A stretch of DNA of 64,000 nucleotides, from contig JAHLWZ010000862.1 in NCBI GenBank assembly GCA_020536535.1, positions 1 to 64,000 on the forward strand. The letters run 5' to 3'. Under the pieces are notes generated by a model. It was not told where the DNA came from. It worked only from the letters and a program-made list of their open reading frames with translations, and made no database searches. The translations under genes were made by a program, and so were the position numbers. Each line of letters begins with the position of its first letter. The stretch's first letter is position 1. This document shows positions 11,590 to 23,269 of the stretch, one piece after another. Source of the stretch: Pelomyxa schiedti (lineage: Eukaryota; Protista; Evosea).

Positions 11590-13767
11590 TCAATGCTCCA
11601 CAAGCCTTTTCGATAGCCTATGGTGCTGGTTAGACACTGTTAAACAGTACAGTGGCGTTCTTAGAAAGAGAAATGCGGAAGGAAATACCTCGACAAGTAT
11701 CGCTGGCAGTAGCTTATCACCACGTGGGACGGTAAGTAACGGTTTGAGCACCGACTGCTGCTCCTCCAGAGTGGAATGAAACATGTCGAGGCACCGCTGG
11801 ACCTCAGCTACATCGGCACCTACAGTCGTGAGATACCGTAGAAGTGGGCTACGCAAAATACCTGACAATTCTTCTCGCGGTTTTTTATTCAATCCATCTT
11901 TGGATACAACATTGGGAGGAGGGCGTTTACGAGAAAGGTTAGTTTCCTTGTAATTGTTTGTTAAAGAGCAGGCAAATGAGTCTAGAATTACCTGTACACT
12001 GGGAGTAATCTCTCTAATTAACTGTCTAAGTAAAGGATTCTTATTTGGAGGTAGTGGTGCTTGTTCTGGTCTATCACAAAACTTGGGATAGAGAGCTGGA
12101 CCGAGATTGTCTATCGAAGGCTTTCCTTGGTCACAAGGACCGTTTCGACTGCTGTTTGGATAGTTACAAGATGGTGCACTACTGAGAGGAAGAGGAATGG
12201 TGCCGCGCCAAGTCTGAATCGGTGTCGGTGCTTGTGTTGGTGTTGGTGGGACGGCAGGCGGGCTCCAGAGCGGTGGATTGACGGTGGAGGGGTGGTTGGT
12301 TTGTGTGGATACGGTTGGTTCTACTGAGGGAACTTGTGTAGAAATGGCGGTGGAATCGGTCTTTGCATCCAGCATAGCTGGCGAGGCACCTCTTTCCACG
12401 TGAACAGTCCGAGGACTGATTGCGCGAATCGGCACATGAAGCACTGGGGTTGGCAGAACTCTGGCTGCCTGTGATGGCTGGGATGAGGACACTGGGGGTA
12501 CCGTAGAACCGTTCTCAGCACCAGGAGAATTCGGCCTATGCAAGTTCAGTGAGCGAGAAACCTGGGTTTCTGTAAGTGGCAGAGCTGCCGGAATTGGAAC
12601 CGGAACCGCAATTCCCGTGGCGGCACTGCTTTTGCCCGAGTCTGATGGCGAGGAAGCTACAGGGAAGTCTAGCTTTGATAGAGGTGGAACTGCAGGTCCC
12701 CCGTTCTGAGGGGGCTGTTTTGGTGTTGGCTTGGTGACAGAGCGGCCGCTGTTCTCGGGCGGCTGCCTCTGAGTTGTGGTTGACGGCTGATTCTGGTTCT
12801 GAACATGATTCTGATTCTGGAAGTTGCTCTGCTTCGGCAATTGCTGCTTGCGGGCGGCTGCGCCGGTTTGGACCGGCGATTTCTTTGGTTGTGTCTGCTG
12901 GGGTGATTGCTTTGTCTTTGGCAGCGGTTGTTTGGGTGTGGCTTGTAGGGCTCGAGGAAGAGGGATGTGAAGCGGCGGCGGCATCATTTCGGCCGATTTC
13001 TGTGCCTCGGGTGGGATTATGGGAAGAGGTGGAGGTGGTGGTGGAGGCGGTGTCTGTTGTTGGGTGGCAGGAGGAGGCGGAGGAGGAGGAATTTGTCGTG
13101 AACCTGGCGGAGGTGGTGCCTGCTGTGGGGAAACAGGGACGGGACCGAATTGTGGGAAAGGGAGAGGGAGCAGAGACTGCGGGGGAACCTGAGGAGGAAT
13201 TTGTTGTGTGCCGGCCGGGGGTGGTGTTTGTTGCGGGGAACTGGTAACGACTTGTGGGATAGGGAGAGGGAGTAAGGGCGGGGGCTGAGTACGCTGCTGC
13301 AGTGGAGTTTGAAGTGGTGTTGTATCTCGTGACTGGATACCAATCCGAGAAGACTGATGCGGGGTCAGTGGTGCAGTGCTTGATTGGTGGGGGTCCGGAA
13401 TCAATTGTGGGACAGGAGCCGCGGCGGGTTGGTTTGGCGTGGGCAGCGAGTCTGTCGTCATTGGAGTTGTCGTGGCCTCTGAGTTGGGTACAGTTTTGCC
13501 TGCCATTTTGGCTGCGAGTCTCTTGCGTATCTCGTCGACTGAGATCTTGGTGTCCGGCATGTTGCAGTCCGCAAACGGGTCGTCGTACATCGTATAAGTG
13601 GTCGCATCAGATCCGTCGTCGGCAGTGAGGTCGACCACTTCGGCGCGCCTCACGTCGTTCTTGAGCCACACCAACGTGTCGAGGCACCTGGCCCTGAACT
13701 TCTCCGGCCCAGGACGAGGCCCAGGCGGCAGAGGGGGGGGCGGGGGCGGCGCTTGAGACTGCATCAT
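11590..13767 (-). CDS. Proline/glutamine-rich protein of unknown function (further 3' exons to about 11300 likely)
   Basis: 725-aa ORF with an ATG start, poly-Pro tracts, EVVDLT (SIM-like) and RKRP (NLS-like). Confidence 0.7.
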   Translation of the reverse strand: MMQSQAPPPPPPLPPGPRPGPEKFRARCLDTLVWLKNDVRRAEVVDLTADDGSDATTYTMYDDPFADCNMPDTKISVDEIRKRLAAKMAGKTVPNSEATTTPMTTDSLPTPNQPAAAPVPQLIPDPHQSSTAPLTPHQSSRIGIQSRDTTPLQTPLQQRTQPPPLLPLPIPQVVTSSPQQTPPPAGTQQIPPQVPPQSLLPLPFPQFGPVPVSPQQAPPPPGSRQIPPPPPPPATQQQTPPPPPPPPLPIIPPEAQKSAEMMPPPLHIPLPRALQATPKQPLPKTKQSPQQTQPKKSPVQTGAAARKQQLPKQSNFQNQNHVQNQNQPSTTTQRQPPENSGRSVTKPTPKQPPQNGGPAVPPLSKLDFPVASSPSDSGKSSAATGIAVPVPIPAALPLTETQVSRSLNLHRPNSPGAENGSTVPPVSSSQPSQAARVLPTPVLHVPIRAISPRTVHVERGASPAMLDAKTDSTAISTQVPSVEPTVSTQTNHPSTVNPPLWSPPAVPPTPTQAPTPIQTWRGTIPLPLSSAPSCNYPNSSRNGPCDQGKPSIDNLGPALYPKFCDRPEQAPLPPNKNPLLRQLIREITPSVQVILDSFACSLTNNYKETNLSRKRPPPNVVSKDGLNKKPREELSGILRSPLLRYLTTVGADVAEVQRCLDMFHSTLEEQQSVLKPLLTVPRGDKLLPAILVEVFPSAFLFLRTPLYCLTVSNQHHRLSKRLVEH

Positions 13768-13960
13768 TTACTTGCTTAACAGCGAGCAGTGCCGACAATT
13801 TTTGTTGATCTGATCTTTTTTCTTTCTATTTTTCTTTTTTTCGTGCAGTTGCGGTCTTTTCTAAACACAAGATTTTTTGGTGACCGATTGGAGGACACTA
13901 GGGCTTATCTACTCTTCGGATTTGGCCTCCTAATAGGTAGGAGTGAGTGCAAATTTAAGG

Positions 13961-14764
13961 TTAGTGGGGACGAAGAACCGTTGTAGCAAGTTTGGTTCGC
14001 TCCTCGTTGTATCTGGCTTTGTCTTTGGCAGCTAAGTCTTGGAACTTTGTTTTGGCCGATTCAGGGGTCTCTTTCCAAAGGGCACCCAGCTTTTTAGTAG
14101 TATCTTTTATTGTTGGTGTTAGTGAGGAATTGGAAAGGTATTGAGAACCTTGTGGAGTTAGGCCTGTGCCCTTTAACTTGGGTCTCTCTTCGTCACCTGC
14201 AGGCAGGTTTGTGCTCAGTTTTGAATGTGAGGTGGGTAGGGACTTACAGAAAAACATGTAAGCACTTCGGTTCTTCTTGGGCCCTGCAGCAGTATTCTTT
14301 CTGACCGCCGGTTTCCTTACTTTCTTGGGTGGGGCAGTAGCAGACTCAGTTGTAGTGGTAGGTGCCGTTGTAGAAGTCGCCTCAGTTGTTGCTGTGGCTG
14401 CCTTCCTGCAGGTGTGTGAAGGGGAATTCTATTAGATTAAGAGATGTATACCTAGCTGCTGCCCTGGTTCTCGGTGGTTTAACAGATTCCTTGGTATCAC
14501 TAACAATGGGCTTTTGTGGCACAGGCAATTGCGTTCGGGTACGAGGACGCTTAGCAGCAGGGGCAACTGGCTCACTTTTTGGGTCACTTTTTGGCTCACT
14601 TTTTGGTTCACTTTTTTCTGTGGTCAGAGAAGGCTCACTGGCATTCACCTCTGGTGCCGCCAGATTTTGTTGAGATTGAGATTGAATCTCAGTTGTTTCC
14701 ACTCTTACAACAGTTTAGTTGTGCTTTGTAAAGAACGTTGAACATACTTATTATCCGCCGACAT
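13961..14764 (-). CDS. HMG-box protein
   Basis: PKNRSAYMFFCK...KKLGALWKETPESAKTKFQDLAAKDKARY. The first micro-exon MSADN starts at 14764. Short EPKS/DPKS repeats in the N-terminal region. Confidence 0.8.
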
Positions 14765-15078
14765 AACTGTGACTCTCGTATTTATTTATATTTGTCATGG
14801 ATCTTGGCATCAAAAAAAAAGTATATAAATGCCAAACGCGCAGGCAACTAACGCCAATCCTCCCTCATGCCAACACCGAAATAGAACGTAGCCACGTATC
14901 GACTGAAAGATCCCAACGCGTCCCACAACGCAAACGGCACAACTACCGATCTGCTAGAGATGAGATCAAAAAAAACCGTTCCAACGACATTTCCTTGATG
15001 AAGCAGTTCCAGGGGCACTTTTTAAAAGAGAAAAGAAGAGAAATTTTTTTAAAAAAGCCTCTCGCTCAAAACAAAAAA

Positions 15079-16709
15079 ATGTTGACCACCGCATCAGCAG
15101 TCACGGCAGCAGCCCTTGGTCGCTTTACCGCATCTACGACACCAAGGAGGAGTGTCCACAAGAACGTGGTTTCCAGATCTCACGTCGACGCCAATGGCCT
15201 CGTTTTGCCCCACGGTGGTTCGCTCAAGTGCTCGCTTCTCGAGGGCCAAGCGAGAGCCGATGCGCTCAAGCGCGCTCAAGGAATGAAGCGTATTAATATC
15301 GCTTCGCGAGAAAATGGCGACCTCATTATGATGGGAATCGGTGGCTTCAGCCCACTCAATAAGTACGTAGTGACTCGAGCAGTGTTTGTTTAAACATTCA
15401 TTAATAATTCTTCTCTTTGTTAGGTTCATGGGACGCGCTGATTGGAAGAGCGTCTGTGAGAAGTTCCTTCTTGCTGATGGCACTTTCTGGCCCATTCCTA
15501 TTACAATGAGTGTTGACAAAGACGTGGCTAAGGCCACGAAGAGGTTTTTCCCCCTCGCTCCTCCCATTTTGGTAACCTCACACAAGGGGTGAGGAGATCG
15601 CTCTTTTCTTCAAGCCTCGAAATGAGATAGTTGGCACCATCAAGGTCGATGACGTCTGGGAGATGACTAAAAAGGAGCGTGACTTTGAGTGTCAAAATGT
15701 CTTCACAACATGCGATCCTGAGCACCCTGGTGTTAAGATGGTATGTGAGAACAGTTACTACTTAGTTCTTAAGAAATCTACAGGTTATGGAGCAAAAAGC
15801 ATTCAATATGGGTGGCAACATTGTGACATTGAGCGAGGGCGAGTACCCAGAAAAATACAAGGGCATTTACATGCGCCCAGCCGAAGTACGCCAGAAATTC
15901 GCAGCTAGAAAATGGAAGACAATTGCTGCCCTCCAACTGCGCAATCCCATGCACAGGTCGCATGAGTACCTTGCCAAGATTGCTGCCGAAGTTTGCGATG
16001 GTTGTTATTCCAGTCCTGTCCCCTTTGTATTCATCTTCATCTAGGTGTCTTCATTCACTCACTTGTTGGGAATCTTAAGCCAGGAGATATTCCAGCTGAA
16101 GTCCGTGTCAAGTGCATCGATGCGCTTGTCTCCAAGTACTTCGTCCCAGCCAGTGAGTATCATTCACAGTGAGAAACGTCTTTTAACACAGCGTTTTACC
16201 TTAGATGTGATGCAAGGAGGGTATCCTCTGGATATGCGATATGGTGGCCCAAGGGAGGCACTTTTGCATGCCCTGTTCCGCCAAAACTATGGCTGCAGCC
16301 ACATGATAATTGGCCGCGACCACGCCGGCGTTGGGAATTACTATGGCCCGTTTGATGCCCATTACATCTTTGATAAGATTCCAACTCCAGCGGATCCAAA
16401 CAAAGCCCTTCAGTGCCAACCAATGCGCATTGACTGGACCTTTTACTGTGTCAAGTGCGACGGAATGGCCTCTCTTAGGACTTGCCCTCACGAGTGTGTT
16501 TCAAATTTACTTCGAACCATCACTTACCTTTTCACAGTAAGAAGGACCGTGTCATAGTCAGTGGAACCATGGTTCGGAAGCTTCTTTCAGAGAAGGGCGA
16601 ATTGCCAGACCACTTCGGCCGAACAGAAGTCATCGAAATCCTCCGCAAATACTACGAAAACCTCACCGAGAAAGTAGAGGTCAAGCTTCACAAGGCTGCC
16701 ACAATGTGA
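15079..16709 (+). CDS. sat: Sulfate adenylyltransferase (ATP sulfurylase) with N-terminal organellar presequence; 6 introns
   Basis: [49 protein letters not shown] and SGTMVR. All six GT-AG introns restore the frame. Confidence 0.95.
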
Positions 16710-16821
16710 TCGTGGAGAAAAAGCCCAAACCAATAGAAGTTCGCACCACCAATCCAAAACCCTTTCTTTTTTTGTGATACCAACGAGACAGAGAAACTTT
16801 TGTGATTTCCTGATTTTTTTC

Positions 16822-16829
16822 ACCCATAA
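16822..16829 (+). promoter_or_regulatory. DUSE-like element ACCCATAA
   Basis: Matches WCCCAYAA, 64 nt before the 5' arm of a terminal stem. Confidence 0.55.
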
Positions 16830-16884
16830 GTATTGGTGGGGGATTTTCTTGCAGCTAAAAAGAGCTCCGGGAGGGTCCTTGCTC

Positions 16885-17043
16885 TGCCCCCACCATCGGA
16901 TGGGACTGATTGCTCATAACTTGGCGTAACTCGTATGATACTCCCTTATGGGGAGACACTGATACTCCAAGTTGCGGAAAAGCCTCAAGTTTCTTCAACT
17001 GTCAGTTATTGGGTCCGACACCCTTTGGGGGCTGTAAGTTTTT
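16885..17043 (+). ncRNA. Candidate structured small RNA (orphan RNA B, about 150 nt)
   Basis: Nested stems GCCCCCA/UGGGGGC, UCGGAU/GUCCGA, GACUGAU/GUCAGUU, UAACUUGG/CCAAGUUG and CUCCC/GGGAG. G-U pairs favour the + strand. T5 run at 17039-17043. Confidence 0.6.
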
Positions 17044-17143
17044 GCTTCATTTTTTTTTTCAATGCACATCCACAACAAGTGTGTATCAGATTTCATGTGG
17101 GGTCTAACATACTGATGTTTGTGTGCGTTCCTTTGGGATTCCT

Positions 17144-19559
17144 CTATAGCTGCATCTCCAACCACAGGCTTGTCAGCCACCTTGTACCCTCATGCGGAGT
17201 GTCAGGCACCATGTCAGCCATTGTGAGTCCCTCCACAGTACGAACTGTGACTTGAATGTGAAGTGGTGAGGCCATGGCAAACTTCATGAGGTGTTCCTTG
17301 AGAAATTCGGCTGTTATGTCCGGAAACACACGCAGTAGCATCTTCCACGTGCTGAGAGACATACTGTTCTCTGGATGAAACCATGGAAACCGTTTCACCA
17401 CTGAGCAGATCTTTTATTTTATAGTTGGGTGAAAGTACAGGGTAATAGAAAATGACCTCGTCCAAGGTTATGTGGAACTTGCGTATCAACCACTCGGCGC
17501 AATTGGTCTTTTGTCCGTAAAGCAACTCTAACAGCAGGGTATTCTCACATGCCTTGACTTGTTCAACATTCAAGTGAAATCGGTTGATCAAGTACTTCAC
17601 GACTTTTCCAGATTTCACATGAACATGGTTTGTCAAACCTTCGGCAACATCTTCTGAAGAGAAGTTCCCATGTGATAACAGCTGCATTAATTTGGAAACG
17701 TTTGCACAGCAAACAGCTTGCTCTACAGCAAGTGGCCTGACAGAAGGGGGAATTGAAAAATTGAGTTTGTCCAGTAGAAGCAATACTGCATTCAACTCGG
17801 TGAATTGCAAGTTGTTTTCCACTGCTTCACACACTGCGATTTCACTGAGGATGTGAGGTGCAATTTTCGAAAGGAACCACTCAAGGCCATTGAAGGAATT
17901 GATTTTTGGGAAAATTGAGTTGGCTACACATGGGTCTGCATTCACACTATCCATCACATGGAAGGTCTTTTCCAACCAATCTGCAATGGAAGTATTGCTG
18001 TGATCGAGGGAGTCCTGGAGGCATCTATGGAGTTGTTCCGTTGTTAGTGGTGGTACCGTTATTGGCAACAGGGTATTCAATACTGACACGTTGTCATGCC
18101 TGTTGCCACATGCTGAAATGAATATGTCAGGGGTACATGGCCCAAATCCGTCAGAGGTGAGGAGTGTAGGAAGCCACAGAAGGAGCTCCAGGCTTTTGGA
18201 ATTCCTAAGGGCATAGGAGAGATCATTCTCTGTCAGTGGGACAGTGAAATTTTGAACCACCCATTTGAAAGCTTTTTCTTTGTTGATGTTTAACTTTGGA
18301 AGACTTGTAACTGAAAATGACTCCTTAATCCACTGGCACCCTTCTTCCACATCACTCTCGTCCCGTGACGAACATCGAATGAATGAGGACAGAATATCTA
18401 CCCCATCACCTGGGTCCTTTTCCTTACCACAGAACCACTCAGCACACAGCTTCACAATTTCCAAACTTGGGGTTCCAAAGAAGTCTTCCAAACTCCATGG
18501 ATCAATATTCATTGCAATTCTGCAGGCAGCCAAAACACAAGTCGAGGACGCCAGCCATTTCACAACATCAACATTGCCCTGTGCCACAGCACTATGAAAT
18601 GGTCCAACCAGCTCCCATCCCTCTCGGCCCACGTCAAACGTGGATATCACCCATTTCACAGCATCAACGTGCCCTCCTCTGCAGGCATCCCACAGTAGGC
18701 TTGCAGTGGTAATTGCAGTTGCATCCCTGATGTCATCCAGCATGTCTCCCACTGGCCACGATAGTGGAACACCCCTCCAGCCCTCCTCATTCCTACCCCC
18801 ACTCTGCACCAATTCTTGCGCCATGTCAATATGACCACCTGTACATGTTATGGTCATTGATTGGCCCCTGAATGAATTCCAACAACATCACGTCGAACTG
18901 AACTGAACTCTACAAAGTTGATAACAAACATAAGCACTACAAAGACACACACACACACACACACACACACACCACACACACACCACACACACACCACACA
19001 CACACCACACACACACCACACACACAACACACACACAACACACACACCACACACACACCACACACACACCACACACACACCACACACACACACACACACA
19101 ACACACACACAACACACACACAACACACACACAACACACACACAACACACACACAACACACACACCATAGCATAGACCCCTCAATACAGTGAGGCAGTCC
19201 TTTCTGTTGTTGTTTTTCGTGCTTTTGTCCTTGCTGTGCAACAGTATCCACCTCAGGCACCTCAGGCTCGCAGCCCTCCCTGCACACTTCAACGCGACGT
19301 AGCGGGACGTGAACAGGGCCTGCATGTCCGCGTCCTCGTCAGGATCCACGGCGTCCGCGGCAAGCACGGCGCGGCAGGCCCTCGGCACCAGCGGGAAAAG
19401 GGCCTCGGCGAGCCCCAGCGCCCACACGTAGTCGATTATGGGAACGGCCGACGAGCGGCGACGCCGGCCCAGCACAGTCGGGACTACGACGTGGTCCCAA
19501 ACGACACGCGAAACGAGGAGCAACTGCAACACGCCTTCATCCCGTGGCGCACTCTGCAT
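17144..19559 (-). CDS. Ankyrin-like helical repeat protein (probably a lineage-expanded family)
   Basis: Repeats such as LCYGGHIDMAQ, ACRGGHVDAVKW and AVAQGNVDVVKWL. Intron 19165-18839 and a short AAG-acceptor intron near 17455-17411. Confidence 0.7.
18945..19165. repeat. Imperfect (CA)n/(GT)n microsatellite, intronic
   Basis: About 220 bp of CA repeats punctuated by CC/AA. Confidence 0.95.
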
Positions 19560-19676
19560 AGTGTCCCTTCGATCCCGCAGAAAAAACAAGTTGTTCACGC
19601 CACGAAACCAAGACCTCAGGAAACAAACAAAAAAAAAAAAAAAAAAAAAAAAAAACTCGAAGACAATTAACAAGCG

Positions 19677-21033
19677 ATGCAACAAGCGGAAGGCGCGACA
19701 AACAACGTGGTGGTGACGCCGCCGGAAGCAACGACGGCAGCGACGTCGGCGGCCGAGGTCCCCACGACCGCGTCGTCTCCGTCGCTGTCGCCGCCGCCGA
19801 GCACCGACCCGACGAGGGCGACGTCGCCCGCGCCGCTGGAGGTGCCGCCGAGCGCGGCCGCGACGTCGGGGACCGCCAAGACGACCACGACGACGACGCC
19901 GGCGACCACGATGGTGGGGATGCTGAGGGGCAGGGTGGCGTTGGTCACCGGCGCCAGTCGCGGAATCGGCAGGGCTTGTGCCCTTGCCCTAGCAAAAGTA
20001 CGTGTCTGTGTGTGTTCGATGGTTGACCTTTGTCATTATTATTATTTTTTTCCTTTTTTTTTTTTTTAGTTCTACTTTTTTCCCTCTTCCTTTTCGTGAC
20101 TATTTGTGGGTGACAAGAAGCAAAGTATGGATTATTAATTCTCGTTTAGGCTGGAGCGGACGTGGCTATAAACTACCACTCGAGAGAGGTGGCGGCACAG
20201 GAGACAGCTAGAATGATTAGGGAAGTTGCTCCAGAATCTCGCGTGATTGTTGTGCAGGCTGATGTGGGGAAAGCTGACGCAGTCAGGGCAATGGTTGCTC
20301 AAGTAAACCGCAGGCTTGGCACTATCGGTGTTCTTGTAAATAATGCAGGGATTGCTCCAACCACACCTCCCGATGAAATCACTGAAGACGATTTTGACTC
20401 TGTAATTGAGACCAACTTGAAGGTTATTCATACTACTTTCCCGATTGTACTTACTATTCTCAAGTCTGCATTTTTGCTTTCACAAGCAGTGATCCCAGGA
20501 ATGTGCTCCCAAGGCTGGGGAAGGATCATAAACATCACTAGTGTAGCAGCTTACACTGGTGGCGCAGTAGGTGCCCTGAGTTTTATATTTATTGGTGCTG
20601 TTTTTGAAACACAATTAATCACTATCTTTTCCAGGTCCCCACTATGCCGCATCCAAGGCGGGAATGATAGGCTTGACCAACAGTTACTCCAATTTGTACG
20701 TCAAGGAAGGAATTACAGGTTTTGCCCCCTTTACAATTATCGATAAGTGCATAATTCTCTTCTACCCAACCCAGTTAATGCTGTTGCCCCCGGACTTGTA
20801 CTCACAGAGACACAAAGCGATGGTGGAGCATTGGACAAAATGCTACCACTCACTGGTCCAGGAAGATTTGGATTCCCTGAGGAAGTTGCTCAAGTTGTGG
20901 TCATGTTGGCTGGCAATGGATGTAATTCACTCACCCTCTTTTGTGATTCCTCCATTATTTCACTAACAATCACACAAAAAAAGATGTCACTGGGCAGACT
21001 ATAAATGTGGATGGTGGTATTTATAAAAAATGA
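19677..21033 (+). CDS. Short-chain dehydrogenase/reductase (FabG-like) with an Ala/Thr/Pro-rich N-terminal extension
   Basis: VTGASRGIG, LVNNAG, YAASK, VNAVAPG and VTGQTINVDGG. Confidence 0.9.
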
Positions 21034-21087
21034 GGCTTTTTACTGGGTCCTTAAAACTTTTTTTTTATGTTTCTTTGCTTCTTCCTT

Positions 21088-23186
21088 TCAGTAGTTCTTT
21101 CGAAGTGACAGGAGTGCATTGTGAAGGTCATTGGCGTTGGGCATGTTTCTTAGAATATCACGAGGTCCAACCAAAACCAGTGTGGGTTTGCTCTCCAGTA
21201 GTTTGGTGGCAAATCTGTTCTTGGGTAAGTTGTTTGTAAAGTAAAAGCATGGGTCAAGCTACTTCACAACTGACTCTTTGGTCAAAGTACTGAGGAAGTC
21301 AAGAACATCACTTTGAGACATGTACGAGCTCCTGAAAAGAGGGGATAAGTACAGATGTTTGCGGTGGGAGATATTCACCTCATTAATAGTTGTCTGTTAA
21401 GGTCACAGGCGTGAACAGAGTCCGATTCATTGGCACTAAACATCATATGTTTAATGGCATTGATCATACGTTTGAACTCTTCATCTTCAATGTCTTTCAA
21501 TTTAAGGAGTTCTGATAGTAATACCTAGTTTCAATTTCAACCTACAGTCGAAATATTTTATACAAACCAGTAAGAATCGAGGGGTATAAGTGGGTGAACA
21601 AGATCCCTGCAGAAGAAACATCCCAGTGTCTCTGAAGGAAAAGTGTGCGGAGTACGCACTTTCCACCCAATCATGACAAAGAACGTTTGTGTACAGGCGC
21701 GTAAGGAGACCTCATGAGTAAATTAGATATTGATATCAAAAGATTTGCCAATATTCAAACCTTTTCCTGGACCACCCTCTGAAAAAGAAGAACCACCACC
21801 AAGAAGGGTAACCAGTGCACATGCCGCTATAAAATCAGAATCTTTCATTGACACTCCTTCGAATCCAAGACCTACCTGGTAGAGGTCAGTGGAGGAAAGG
21901 CTCTGCATTGCCTCCTACGTGCACAAGGTGAGCCTTATTTCCAGCCAGCATTGGCTTCATATCCTCAATAGGAAGTGTTTTGTCTCCACCCTATCAGTTG
22001 GACAACGCTTAATGCCTAAACTATCATGAACTCCCAATATAATAAATCAGACACAAAATGACAACAGAAAGGGGGAGCACTAGGTCTATAGAGAGGAAAG
22101 TGAACTCACCATGTACTTCTGTGTTGCAGAAGGACACTTATCTGCGGTCTTAGATATAGGCTTCTTAAAGAAGGCTTTGCTACGACGCACAGCTTCACTG
22201 CACTGTAGTCCTACGGTGGTAATGGCAACTCTACTGAGTGTAAGGAGTGTGAGGGTATGAAACCAACTCACCTGTCAGGTATTGTTTGCTGCACAAAATT
22301 TGCTAAATGACGGGGAGTTACAGCACGAAGTTCTGCTGAGGTTGGGTACTGAGACATTCCTAGTACTGAACCAGCAAAAGCTGTTGTGTGAGCAAGTTCA
22401 GAAACAAGAGTCTAGTTGTTGTTAATGAGAATTAAGGTCATTGGGGTACCTCAGGGTGGGACAATGCAGAGTCTCTTTCAATCTCAAGAACCCGAATTTC
22501 TTTGAGTAATTCCTCCTCTTTGAAGGTTGTATTCTGCAATGTACAGTTAAACACTGAAGGTTGCAAATGGCTTGTATTAATTTTAGGGTGACCTACTTGA
22601 AATGATTCAGAGAGAATGTCAAACACCAATTTGGTGTCACTGTGAAGAGCATGAATTATCTGAGTGTTACAGTCACGAAATGGCATAGTGACCAGAGATG
22701 CACCAATTTTGTGTAACGCCAGGCCAATTTCTGATGCAGTCCGTTTTTGTGTCGACTGTTGCACTGTAAAAATCGAAATAAAAAGGACAGAACGACAACC
22801 TTCAGTGCCATACGATCTGCCAGGCGACATACAGCACGATCAGAACTCCAGCTGGTGTCCACCGAAACAGCTAGTTAAAGAAGAAAAACAAATCCATAAA
22901 GTGAGTATCCAAGAGTAGTAATTCAGCAGTTACCAATGCAGGGTAGTAAAGAGTCAGTATTCTCGACAGTAGCTAGCCACGGCCTGTTGGAGGCAGCGGG
23001 CCACACCTGTGGCCTAGATCTCACATAATTGCGTTGCTGCCGCGAGATCTCGGCCGCTGCACCTTGTTCACCGCCACCGCTCGCGTGTCTCCGCCCAACG
23101 TTATCGCGTGACCAGATCTCTGCAATGTGCGGCCAAATCGCGCGCGGTTGCACGGAGCCACAACCCGGCGTCACACCCCCCAGCAT
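21088..23186 (-). CDS. MPPA: Mitochondrial processing peptidase alpha subunit (M16B), multi-exon
   Basis: Glycine-rich loop LLGGGSSFSEGGPGKG; degenerate HxxEH position (RLADR) as expected for the alpha subunit; M16-like N-domain. Confidence 0.85.
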
Positions 23187-23269
23187 CCAAAAACAAAAGG
23201 AGTCTTTTTTTCTTCGCCGTGGAAACTCGGGAAAAGAGAACCATCATTTCGCGTTAGTAGATCGTGTCG

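Noticed and set aside
14921-15022. TCCCACAA upstream of sat followed by a small hairpin and T5
   Set aside because: The predicted RNA is only about 40 nt with a weak stem and cannot be told apart from the sat promoter or UTR.
16932-16966. SECIS element (AUGA...GA) in RNA B or at 27641-27753
   Set aside because: Helix II length and the apical AA do not fit, and no adjacent gene has a homology-supported in-frame UGA.
18854-19287. Cys/Val-rich or His/Thr-rich ORFs
   Set aside because: Translation artefacts of the (CA)n microsatellite.
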